Both the position numbers and the translations under genes were made by a program. DNA of 64,000 nt from an uncultured Candidatus Rokubacteria bacterium. GTDB lineage: Bacteria > Methylomirabilota > Methylomirabilia > Rokubacteriales > DASRDR01. Every line of letters begins with the position of its first letter. Position 1 is the stretch's first letter. Under the pieces are notes generated by a model that saw only the letters and a list, made by a program, of their open reading frames with translations, was not told where the DNA came from and did no database searches. Positions 19,743 through 28,880 of the stretch are shown here, piece by piece. Where the stretch lies: the NCBI GenBank assembly GCA_963826115.1, contig CAWGVS010000010.1, positions 352,001-416,000 of the forward strand, given 5' to 3'.

Positions 19743-22095
19743 TCACTCGACCCGTAGCTCGCGCGCCCGGGCCTTCACGATGACCGTGCGGCCGTCGAGG
19801 GCCCAGCCGCGCTCGGCGCGCTCGAGCTCGGCGCCGCCGAGGCGTGGGAGCGCCTGCCCGTCGGCCGTCGCCGTCCGCGCGGCGTCGCTGTCGCGGAGGC
19901 GCAGGACCAGCGTGGCGTCGCTCCCCCGGGCCTCGAGCGTGACTCGGCCCTGGTCCCGCCGGCAGCGAAAATCGACCCGCCCGGCGTCCGTGCGGTAGGC
20001 GAACGTCGCCTCGGTCGTGACGAAGGCCTCCACGGTCAGGGGATCGGCCGGCGCCTCGGCGACGTGCTGTCGCACTGGCCCGAGGACGAGCAGGCTGTTC
20101 TCCCGAAGGTAGAGTGGCAGCTCGCGCAGCGGCACCTGGCGCCGGAGCGTCCGCGGTCCCTCGAGCACGGTCCCGCTCCACCAGTCCATCCACCGGCCGG
20201 GCGGCAGGTAGGTCGTGGTCCAGCCGTCGTCGGTGACCACCGGGGAGACGAGGAGCTCCCGGCCCAGGCAGTACTGGAGGTCGAACGCGTGGCTCGCCGG
20301 GTCGTCCGGGAACTCCAGCACCATCGGCCGCATGAGGGGCGTCCCGGTCTCGGCGGCCTGCCAGCCGTGGCTCACGAGATACGGCACCAGCCGGCTCCGG
20401 AGCCGGGCGTACTCGCGGAAGATCCCGAGCGCCTCGTCGCCGAATCGCCAGGGCTCGCGCGGCGTCGCCCCGTGATACCGGCTGAGCGCGGAGAGGAAGC
20501 CGAGCTGCGCCCACCGGACGTAGAGCGCGGGCGACGGCTCGCCCCAGAAGCCGCCGATGTCGTGGCTCCAGTAGGCGAGCCCGCTCATCGCGGTCGCCAG
20601 CCCGCCGCGAAGGGTGTTGGCCATGTCGAGGAACGTGCACTCCGAGTCGCCCGCCCAGTGGCCGGGATAGCGCTGGACGCCCGGCGCCGCGCTGCGCGAC
20701 CAGGCGACCGCGCGCGGGCCGTGCGCGGCCTGCGTGGCCTCGAACGAAGCCTGCTGGTAGAGGAGCGGATAGGGGTTGTGCATCTCGGCGCCCGTGAGCC
20801 CGTTCGCGAAGCGGGCGTCCTCCGGGATCTCCTCGGCGAAATCGGGCTTGAAGGAGTCCGCGCCGAGCGCCAGCTGCTCGGCGAGCTTCCCCCGGTACCA
20901 CCCGGTCGGCCTCCGGGTTCGTGAAGTCGACGATGGCGCAGAGCCCCATGCCCCGCTCCGTCCGCTGGCTCCACACGAGCGCGTCGTAGACGCTCCCGTC
21001 CGGCCGGCGGAGGAAGTACCCGCCCTTCACCCCTTCGTGGTAGAGGGCGCTCTGGCAGGAGACGTAGGGGTTGATCCAGAGACAGTTGTGGAAGCCCTCG
21101 CGGTGGAGCGCGGCCATGAGGCGCCGGGGATCGGGGAGCCGCTCCGCGTCCCACTCGAAGTCGCACCACATGTACGCGCGCTGCCAGAAGGAGTCGAGGT
21201 GGAACACGTCGCAGGGGATACCCTCCTGCCGGAGCCGCCGCGCCTCCGCCAGCACCGACGCCTCGGTGAACTTCACGAAGCAGGTCGAGGCCCACAGCCC
21301 GAACGCCCACTCGGGCGGGACGGCGGGTTTCCCGGTGAGGTCCGTATACGCGCCCAGGATCTCCTTCGGCGTTCCCGCGAGCACGTAGTAGTCGAGCTCG
21401 GGGCCCGCGGCCTCTACCGTGAAGGTCCGGTTCGACCGGCTGCCCACGTGGAACGTGACCGCGGTGGGCACGTCGACGAAGAGGCCGTAGCCGCGGCTCC
21501 CGACGAGGACGGGGATGTTCTTGTAGGCGAGCTCGGAGCGCGACCCGTAGGGATTGCGGTTCCAGATCCGGATCGAGCGTCCCACGTGGTCGAGGCGCGT
21601 GAACTTCTCGCCGCCGCCGTAGAAATGGTCCTCGGGGTCGAGGAGGAGGTTGTCCACGACGGCCAGGGTCCGGTGGGCCGGATCGATGGGGCGGGTCTCC
21701 ACCTCGAGGCCGGGACGCGGTCCCAGGCGATGACCCGCGAAGTTCACGTCGTCCGACACCTGGTGGGTGAGGAGGCGCCCGTCGGCCGTGCGGAACGTGA
21801 GCTGCCACGGATCGAGCGTCGCCTCCACGGCGAGGTGCGCGGTCCGCAGGATCACCCGGCCCTCGGGGGTCTCCACGCGCCCGGCGCTCGCGTCGGGCCG
21901 GGTCACGATGTACGTCTGCGCCTTGGCGAGGGGGGTCGCGCCGGCCGTGATGCGCACGCGGACCGCACGCGGACCTGCGGCCTCGAGGGTGAGGCGCGCG
22001 GGCGCGAGCAGCTCGGTCACGCACCGGAACTCGACGCCGTGCGGGGTGCGCTCCCATCCGAGCGCCCGGATCAGACCCAAGTTTCGGATGTCCAT
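19743..22095 (-). CDS. GH31 alpha-xylosidase (YicI-like), interrupted by a +1 frameshift near 20903
   Basis: YGGGEKF, YKNIP, VDFTNPEA, then a frame change to WYRGKL...DSFKPDFAEEIP, HWAGD, WSHDIGGF. Confidence 0.88.
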
Positions 22096-22129
22096 GAACC
22101 CTCCGAGGTCGAGTCTCTGGTGTGGTCGA

Positions 22130-22954
22130 TCAGCCCTTCACGGCGCCGAGGGTCAGGCCCCGGACCAGGAAGCGCTGGAGGGCGACCGTCATGACGATGT
22201 TCGGGAGCATGACCATCACCGCGGCGGCGCTCATCTCCCCGTAGAGCGGGCCGATGTCGGTGGTGAAGCCGGCGATGACCACGGGCAGCGTCTTCGCGTT
22301 CACGCCGCTCAGGATCAGGGCGAAGAGGAACTCGTTCCACGCGACCAGGAACGCGAAGATGGCCGCCACCACGAGCCCCGGCGCCACGATCGGGATCACC
22401 ACCCGCAGGAGGACGCCCAGCGGGCCGCAGCCGTCGATCATCGCCGCCTCCTCGATCTCGATCGGCACGTCCATGAAGAAGCCAATGAGGAGCCAGATGG
22501 TGAAGGGGAGCGCGAACGAGATGTAGGCGATGACGAGGCCGGTGTACGTGTCGAGGAGCCCGACCTTCTGCATCATCAGGAAGTAGGGCACGACCAGGAC
22601 GGTGCGTGGCACCATGCGGGTCACCAGCACCAGGAAGCGCACCGCCTCCGAGCCGCTGAACCGGAAGCGAGCGAACCCGTACCCGGCCAGGATTCCGAGG
22701 ACCAGGCTGCCGATCGTCGTCCCCACGGCCACGACCAGGCTGTTCGTCAGGTACTGGACGAACGGGATGTTCGTGAGCACGTTTCGGTAGTTGTCGAGGA
22801 TCGGGGTGAACAGCCACTCGGGCGGCTTGGCGTAGAGGCTCCGCTCGGTCTTGAGCGAGGCGGTCGCGATCCAGTAGAGCGGGAAGAGGGTCCACGCGAG
22901 GATCGGCGCGAGCGCGAGCCCGGTCAGCCACGCGCGGAGCGGGGTCGGCTTCAT
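22130..22954 (-). CDS. Carbohydrate ABC transporter permease (MalG-type)
   Basis: FPLYW, EEAAMIDG, WNEFLFA, GAVKG C-terminus; ATGA overlap. Confidence 0.94.
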   Translation of the reverse strand: MKPTPLRAWLTGLALAPILAWTLFPLYWIATASLKTERSLYAKPPEWLFTPILDNYRNVLTNIPFVQYLTNSLVVAVGTTIGSLVLGILAGYGFARFRFSGSEAVRFLVLVTRMVPRTVLVVPYFLMMQKVGLLDTYTGLVIAYISFALPFTIWLLIGFFMDVPIEIEEAAMIDGCGPLGVLLRVVIPIVAPGLVVAAIFAFLVAWNEFLFALILSGVNAKTLPVVIAGFTTDIGPLYGEMSAAAVMVMLPNIVMTVALQRFLVRGLTLGAVKG

Positions 22955-23823
22955 GCCGCGCCGCCCGACCGCTGGGGGCGGAGGATGGCGCGCATGAGGA
23001 GGTAGCAGAGGACGGCTACCAGACCGAGGGTGATGATCCCGAGGGCGTTGGCGAGCCCCATGTGGCCGAGCCCGAACACCCGGTAGCTGAGCATCTGGAT
23101 CGTCTGGGTCGCGGTGCCGGGGCCGCCGCCCGTAAGGACGTAGATGATGTCGAGCTCCCGGAACGCGTCCATCCCCCGGATCAGCACCGCGACCAGCATG
23201 ATGTAGGCGAGGAGGGGCGCCGTGATGTGGCGGAACGCCTGCCAGCGGGACGCCCCGTCGACCGCCGCCGCCTCGAACAGCTCGGCGGGCAGGACCTCGA
23301 TCCCGGCGTACATCACCAGGAACATGAACGGGATCGTGCGCCACGCGTCGACCAGCGTAATCGACACCAGCGCGAGCGTGGGATCGCTGAGCCAGGGCGG
23401 CCGTCCGAACCCGACGAGGTGCAGGTAGTAGTTCAGCGGCCCCATGTCGGGGTGGAAGATCACCCGCCACATGGTCGCGCCCACGACCGGCACCACGAAC
23501 AGGGGCAAGAGCAGCACCACGCGGAGCGGCCTCAGGAAGCGGAACGGCTGGCTGAAGAGAAGCGCGAGACCGAGCCCGGCCAGGAACTCGAGCGCGACGG
23601 CGCCCGCGGTGAAGAGCCCGGTCACCACCACGGCGCGCCGGAGCTCGGGGTCGGTGGCCAGCCGGACGTAGTTGCCGAGGCCGATGAAGGGGATGTGACG
23701 CGGCCGGAGCAGCCACCAGTCGAAGAGGCTCAGCCAGGCGGAGTAGACGAGGGGGACCACGTCGATCGCGAAGAGGAACAGGAGTCCCGGGAGCAGGAAC
23801 CCCCGTCCTCCGCGCGCGCGCAC
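22951..23823 (-). CDS. Carbohydrate ABC transporter permease (MalF-type)
   Basis: GLGNY, EAAAVDGAS, LTGGGPG motifs. Confidence 0.94.
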   Translation of the reverse strand: MRARGGRGFLLPGLLFLFAIDVVPLVYSAWLSLFDWWLLRPRHIPFIGLGNYVRLATDPELRRAVVVTGLFTAGAVALEFLAGLGLALLFSQPFRFLRPLRVVLLLPLFVVPVVGATMWRVIFHPDMGPLNYYLHLVGFGRPPWLSDPTLALVSITLVDAWRTIPFMFLVMYAGIEVLPAELFEAAAVDGASRWQAFRHITAPLLAYIMLVAVLIRGMDAFRELDIIYVLTGGGPGTATQTIQMLSYRVFGLGHMGLANALGIITLGLVAVLCYLLMRAILRPQRSGGAA

Positions 23824-23842
23824 GGCCCCCCTCGTCCGGGTC

Positions 23843-25111
23843 TTACTTGCCGAGGATCCGGTTCGTCCCGGCGTCGATCTCCTTCAGGGCGGCGTCGAGG
23901 GTGAGCTCGCCGGCCGTGAGCTTGCCGGTGGTGATCCGGAAGTGCTCTTGGATGTCGGCGAACTCGCGGAGCCGCGGTCGCTCCTTGGCGACGCGCAGGC
24001 TCGCGAGGAGCGCCTCGACGTACGGGAGCGCGGCCTTGGTTCCGGGGTCCTGGAGGACCGAGATTCGCGGGCTGTGGATCGCGGACGAGGCACTCGGGAA
24101 CTTGGTCGCCGCGAGGCCGAACTCCTTGCTGCTGAACCACTTGGCGAACTCCCAGGCGGCGTCCTGGTTCGGGCTGTTCTTCGGGATGCCGATGGTCCAC
24201 ACGCCCCGCATCGGCGTCTGCCGGACCGCCTTCGGGACCAGCGTGTAGCCGAGCTTGCCGGCGACCGTGGAGCGGGTCGGGTCCTCCATCGGCTTCGCGC
24301 CCGACGCCCACTGGATGGCCATGGCCGCCTGGCCGGTCTGGATCGCCTTGTTGACGTCGGGGAACGTGTAGCTCCGCACGTTGGTCGGCGCGAACTTCAG
24401 GAGCTCGAGGAAGATCTCCGCGCCCTTCCGGCCGGCCGGCGTGTTGACGCCGCCCTTCCCGTCGGCCGTCACGAGCTCGGCCCCCTGGGACCACATCGAC
24501 ACCAGCATGTAGAGGCAGGTCTGGATGTCGCTGCTCGCCGTGACCGCGATGCCGTACTGCTCCTTGGCGGGATCGGTGAAGGCCTTGGCGGCGGCCAGGA
24601 GCTCGTCCCAGGTCGCCGGGGGCTTCATGCCCTTCTGGTCGAAGAGGTCCTTCCGGTAGACGAGGAGCTGCATGTTCGGGTCGACCGGCAGCGCGTACTG
24701 AATTCCCTGGAACGCGCCTGCCGCCAGGGCCGTCGGCACGAAGTCCGTCATGTCGTAGCCGCGCGCCCGCTCGGTGAGCGGCAGCAGGAACTCGGAGAGC
24801 GGCGCGATCCACGGCTCGTCCATGAACACGGCGTCGTAGCGGGCGGCGCTGCTCAGCGACAGCACCTGCTTCTTGTAGAGGTCCCCGATCGGCGCCGCGT
24901 CGATCTGCACCTTGATGCCCGTCTTCTTCTCGAACTCCGGCAGGTTCGCCCGGAGCACGTCCTCCTTGAAGCCGGCCAGCATCGAGAGGGTGATGGTCTT
25001 GCCCTGGGCCCAGGCCGCGCCGTCGGCGACCAGGAGCGCCGCGACGGCCAGCATCAGAACCAGGGCGGGCCACGACCGGCGGCCGGACCGCACTCGGTGG
25101 GTGTTTCGCAT
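23843..25111 (-). CDS. Sugar ABC transporter substrate-binding protein
   Basis: Signal peptide, YRKDLF, PATWDELL, AAWEFAKW motifs; start ATG 25111 inferred. Confidence 0.9.
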   Translation of the reverse strand: MRNTHRVRSGRRSWPALVLMLAVAALLVADGAAWAQGKTITLSMLAGFKEDVLRANLPEFEKKTGIKVQIDAAPIGDLYKKQVLSLSSAARYDAVFMDEPWIAPLSEFLLPLTERARGYDMTDFVPTALAAGAFQGIQYALPVDPNMQLLVYRKDLFDQKGMKPPATWDELLAAAKAFTDPAKEQYGIAVTASSDIQTCLYMLVSMWSQGAELVTADGKGGVNTPAGRKGAEIFLELLKFAPTNVRSYTFPDVNKAIQTGQAAMAIQWASGAKPMEDPTRSTVAGKLGYTLVPKAVRQTPMRGVWTIGIPKNSPNQDAAWEFAKWFSSKEFGLAATKFPSASSAIHSPRISVLQDPGTKAALPYVEALLASLRVAKERPRLREFADIQEHFRITTGKLTAGELTLDAALKEIDAGTNRILGK

Positions 25112-25352
25112 CTCCACGCCTGTCCTTTCCGCGCGGGGGGCGTCCGGGCGTCGAGCCCGGGCGGACCGCGCCTTCACCTCGTTGTGGATTGGATCTCGCG
25201 GGTCTCCGGCTCGACGGGCTCGAGCGTCGCGACCGGGTGGCGCGGGCGGGGCGCCGCGCCGCGTGCGACGGGACGGATCGAGCGACGCCACGTCGTCAGC
25301 ATCGTCCTCGCGGTCTCGACCAAGAAGGGTCGCCAGGTGTCCGATCGGCAGC

Positions 25353-25371
25353 GTGACCGGTCACAAATCTA
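25353..25371 (-). promoter_or_regulatory. Putative LacI operator GTGACCGGTCAC abutting a -10 element (TAGATT) of the ABC operon
   Basis: 12-bp palindrome at 25353-25364; TGnTAGATT on the minus strand immediately upstream. Confidence 0.75.
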
Positions 25372-25443
25372 GCACCGGACCGCATGGACCTCCAGTGCCG
25401 TCCCGCGCGCCGCGGGCGGGGACGGCGGAGCGCGGGGCTGCGA

Positions 25444-25486
25444 TTGACAGCTCCCCAGCGCCTTGCTAGGGTGTGACCGGTCACAC
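25444..25486 (+). promoter_or_regulatory. Sigma70 promoter (TTGACA-N17-TAGGGT) overlapped by 16-bp palindromic operator GTGTGACCGGTCACAC
   Basis: Read directly; the operator ends 9 nt before the LacI ATG. Confidence 0.8.
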
Positions 25487-25495
25487 GGAGTCAGC

Positions 25496-26623
25496 ATGAG
25501 CCCACCACCGGCGCGGAAGCGAGTGACCATCCGAGACGTCGCCCGGATCGCGCGCGTCTCCCACCAGACGGTCTCGCGCTTCATCAACGGCGAGAACCAC
25601 ATCGCGCCGCTCACCCGCACGCGGGTGGAGCAGGCGATCGCCAAGCTCCGGTTCCACCCGAGCCACATCGCCCGGAGCCTGGTCAGCCGGCAGACGAAGA
25701 CGGTGGGCCTGGTGATGGGGGACGTGGCGAGCCCCTTCTTTCCCGACGTCGCGCGCGGGGCCGAGGACGTGCTGGCGGCGGCCGGCTACAGCCTCATCCT
25801 CTCGAGCAGCCGGCGCGATCCCGAGCGCGAGCTCCGCAACGTGCGGCACCTGCTCGAGCGGAGCACCGACGGGCTCATCCTGGGGGCGCCGCAGTCTCCG
25901 ACCGACGAGCTGGCCGAGATCGCCCGCCGCGCGGCCGTCCCGATGGTGTTCCTGAACCGTGAGGTCAAGGGGCCGCACGTGTCCGCCGTCTGGATCGACT
26001 GGCCGACGGCCACGGCGGAGGTCGTGTCGTACCTCGCCGGTCTCGGCCACCGGCGCATCGCGCTCGTGGTGCCTGCCCGGAGCGACGCGCGGGTCGGTAA
26101 CCGCGAGGACTGGTACCGGCCCGCGCTCGCCCGGACCGGGCTGGGACCCGACCGGGCGCTGATCTTCCGTGAGGCCATGTCGATCGAGGGCGGCCACGCC
26201 GCCGGCCAGCGCCTCCTCGGGACCGAGCCCCGCCCGACGGCGGCCATCTGCCACAACGACGTGATGGCGATCGGGCTCCTGCAGGCCTCGGCCGAGCGAG
26301 GGCTGCGCGTCCCCGAGGACCTGTCCATCGTCGGGTGGGACGACGTGCCGTACGCGAGCCTCGTCACACCCCCGCTCACCACCGTGCGCGTGCCGCGGTA
26401 CGAGCTCGGCCAGGCCGCGGCGCGGAAGCTGCTCGACCTGATGGCCGGCCGGCCCGGCGGCGCGCCGGAGCCGCCCTTGGCCCTCCAGCTGATCGTGCGC
26501 CGAAGCTCGGGCCCACCGGGCGAGGGCGCGTCCCGAGACCGTGAAACGCGACCCGAGGTCGCCGACCCACCGGCCAGAGGAGGAGCGCGGCGAGTGCGCC
26601 GCAGGTCTTCGAGCGTGTCGTGA
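25496..26623 (+). CDS. LacI family transcriptional regulator
   Basis: TIRDVARIARVSHQTVSR HTH, LGHRRIA, VPEDLSIVGWDD, PPLTTV motifs. Confidence 0.96.
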   Translation: MSPPPARKRVTIRDVARIARVSHQTVSRFINGENHIAPLTRTRVEQAIAKLRFHPSHIARSLVSRQTKTVGLVMGDVASPFFPDVARGAEDVLAAAGYSLILSSSRRDPERELRNVRHLLERSTDGLILGAPQSPTDELAEIARRAAVPMVFLNREVKGPHVSAVWIDWPTATAEVVSYLAGLGHRRIALVVPARSDARVGNREDWYRPALARTGLGPDRALIFREAMSIEGGHAAGQRLLGTEPRPTAAICHNDVMAIGLLQASAERGLRVPEDLSIVGWDDVPYASLVTPPLTTVRVPRYELGQAAARKLLDLMAGRPGGAPEPPLALQLIVRRSSGPPGEGASRDRETRPEVADPPARGGARRVRRRSSSVS

Positions 26624-26675
26624 TGGTCCCGAGGCCCGAGGAGACCCTCACCGAAGAGGGGAGAAGGGGAAACCC

Positions 26676-28739
26676 ATGAGCGATCCAGAGGACATCGAGC
26701 GCAGCGACGGGGAGCACGGAGGTCTGTCACGCCGCGACATGCTGCGGCTCGGGGTGCTGGCCTTGTCGGCAACGCAGCTGCCCGCGACCGCCAGCGCCCA
26801 GGGCCCCAAGCCGGGCGCGCACCTGATCGGGAAGCTGGAGGGCGCCGAGGTCATCACCGACCCCGGGCAGGTCCCCAAGCGCTTCAACGAGGCGCCGCAG
26901 CTGGCGGAGCTGGTCAAGGCCGGCAAGCTGCCGCCGGTCGAGCAGCGCATCGGGCAGGACCCGCTCGTGGTCAAGCCGCTCCGCGAGGTCGGCCGCTACG
27001 GCGGGACCTGGCGTCGCGGCTTCACGGGGCCGTTCGACTTCTCCAATGCCCACCGCGTCGCGCAGAACGACAAGCTCCTCTACTGGGACTACACCGGGAC
27101 GAAGGTCGTCCCGAACATCGCCCGCGGCTGGGAGGTCAGCCCGGACGGCCGGGTCACGACGCTCCTCCTCCGCCGCGGCATGAAGTGGAGCGACGGGCAC
27201 CCGTTCACGGCGGACGACTTCGTGTTCTGGTTCGAGGACGTCTACCAGAACAAGGAGCTCGTGCCGACGCCGCTGACCGTCATGACGATCAACGGGAAGC
27301 CGATCACGGTCCGGAAGGTCGACGCCGCCTCGGTGCAGTTCGTCGCGCCGGATCCCTACTACGCCCTTCCCATCGTGCTGGCGTCGGTCTGGGGCATCGG
27401 GCACCACGCGCGGTTCGGCCGCGACGCGCTGGGCGGCTTCGCCCCCGCGCACTACATGAAGCAGTTCCACCCGAAGTACACCTCGAAGGCCGACATCGAC
27501 AAGAAGGTGGCCGAGGTCAACGTCAACAGCTGGGTGACGCTGTTCAAGAACCGGAACAACTCGTGCGTGAACCCGGACCTGCCGGTCGTCACGCCCTGGA
27601 AGACGACGCAGCCCATCAACACTCCGCGCTTCGTGCTGGAGCGGAACCCGTACAGCATCTGGGTCGACACGGCGGGCAACCAGCTCCCCTACATCGACCG
27701 CATCCAGATGACGCTCGGCGAGAATCTCGAGATCATCAACCTCCGGGCCATCGCCGGCGAGTACGACTCGCAGGCGCGCCACATCGACATCGGGAAGCTC
27801 CCGGTCCTGCTGGAGAACCAGCAGAAGGGCGGCTACCGCGTGTATCTCGATCCGTCCGACCAGGGCGCCGACGTGGGGCTGTTCTGCAACACGAGCTACG
27901 AGAAGGATCCCGAGGTCGCGAAGTGGCTCAGCTCGCGGGAGTTCCGCATCGCGCTGTCGCACGGCATCGACCGCACGCAGATCAACGAGACCTTCGTCCT
28001 GGGCCTCGGCCAGACGGGGTCGGCGGCGCCGGGCGAGCGCACCCCGTACTTCCCGGGGCCGGAGTTCAAGACGCTGCACACGGCCTTCGACGTGAAGAAG
28101 GCGAACGAGATGCTGGACAAGCTCGGGCTGGACAAGAAGGACGCCGACGGATACCGGCTCCGGACCGACGGCGGCGGGCGGCTCCAGATCGCGCTCACGA
28201 CGTACGTGGGGTTCCTCCCGTTCACGAAGATCGCGGAGATGGTGGCCGAGCACTGGAAGAAGATCGGCATCCGGGGTGACGTCCAGGAGCTCGAACGCGG
28301 TCTCGCCACCGCGCGCATGCGGGCCAACGAGCACCACATCTACTTCGAGACGCAATGGGGCGCCGACAACATGTACGGCCACACCCCGTGGTTCTTCCCG
28401 ACCGACGGCGGCGTGCCGACCGGCCCGGTCTACGGCACCTGGTACTCGAGCGCCGGCGCCCAGGGCAAGACGCCGCCGCCCCGGATGCGCGAGCTCATGG
28501 ACAAGTACCGCAAGTCGTTCGGCGTGCCGGACCAGGAGCGGACGCAGCTCGCGAAGGACGTCTGGAAGATCGCACTCGACGAGCTGTGGGTCATCCCGGT
28601 GGTCGCGAACTCGCCCGCCTCGCAGGGCGTGCGCGTCATCAAGACCAACATGGGGAACATCCCCGAGCGCCTCTGGAACAGCGCGGTGAGCGACAATCCC
28701 CACATCGCGCACACGGAGACCTGGTACTTCAAGTCGTAG
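26676..28739 (+). CDS. ABC substrate-binding protein, family 5 (Opp/Dpp-like), Tat signal
   Basis: SRRDML twin-arginine, GKLPPVEQR, KWSDGHPFTADD, RNPY..VD..GNQLPYID motifs. Confidence 0.9.
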   Translation: MSDPEDIERSDGEHGGLSRRDMLRLGVLALSATQLPATASAQGPKPGAHLIGKLEGAEVITDPGQVPKRFNEAPQLAELVKAGKLPPVEQRIGQDPLVVKPLREVGRYGGTWRRGFTGPFDFSNAHRVAQNDKLLYWDYTGTKVVPNIARGWEVSPDGRVTTLLLRRGMKWSDGHPFTADDFVFWFEDVYQNKELVPTPLTVMTINGKPITVRKVDAASVQFVAPDPYYALPIVLASVWGIGHHARFGRDALGGFAPAHYMKQFHPKYTSKADIDKKVAEVNVNSWVTLFKNRNNSCVNPDLPVVTPWKTTQPINTPRFVLERNPYSIWVDTAGNQLPYIDRIQMTLGENLEIINLRAIAGEYDSQARHIDIGKLPVLLENQQKGGYRVYLDPSDQGADVGLFCNTSYEKDPEVAKWLSSREFRIALSHGIDRTQINETFVLGLGQTGSAAPGERTPYFPGPEFKTLHTAFDVKKANEMLDKLGLDKKDADGYRLRTDGGGRLQIALTTYVGFLPFTKIAEMVAEHWKKIGIRGDVQELERGLATARMRANEHHIYFETQWGADNMYGHTPWFFPTDGGVPTGPVYGTWYSSAGAQGKTPPPRMRELMDKYRKSFGVPDQERTQLAKDVWKIALDELWVIPVVANSPASQGVRVIKTNMGNIPERLWNSAVSDNPHIAHTETWYFKS

Positions 28740-28880
28740 CGGGCGCAGGACGGCAGCATCGGGTAGGCCGGTCCAGCGGTCGAGGGTGACGCCCTCGCCG
28801 CCGACCGGCCCGCCCGCGCTCCATCACGCCGTGAGCCGGTCGAGCCCGCCCGGCCGTCTTCCTGCCAGGACGATCAGTCC

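Noticed and set aside
17947-22095. 1382-aa GH31-epimerase 'fusion' ORF
   Set aside because: Artefact of the +1 frameshift near 20903. The middle is off-frame GH31 and antisense to the SDR gene, and the epimerase has its own ATG at 18834.
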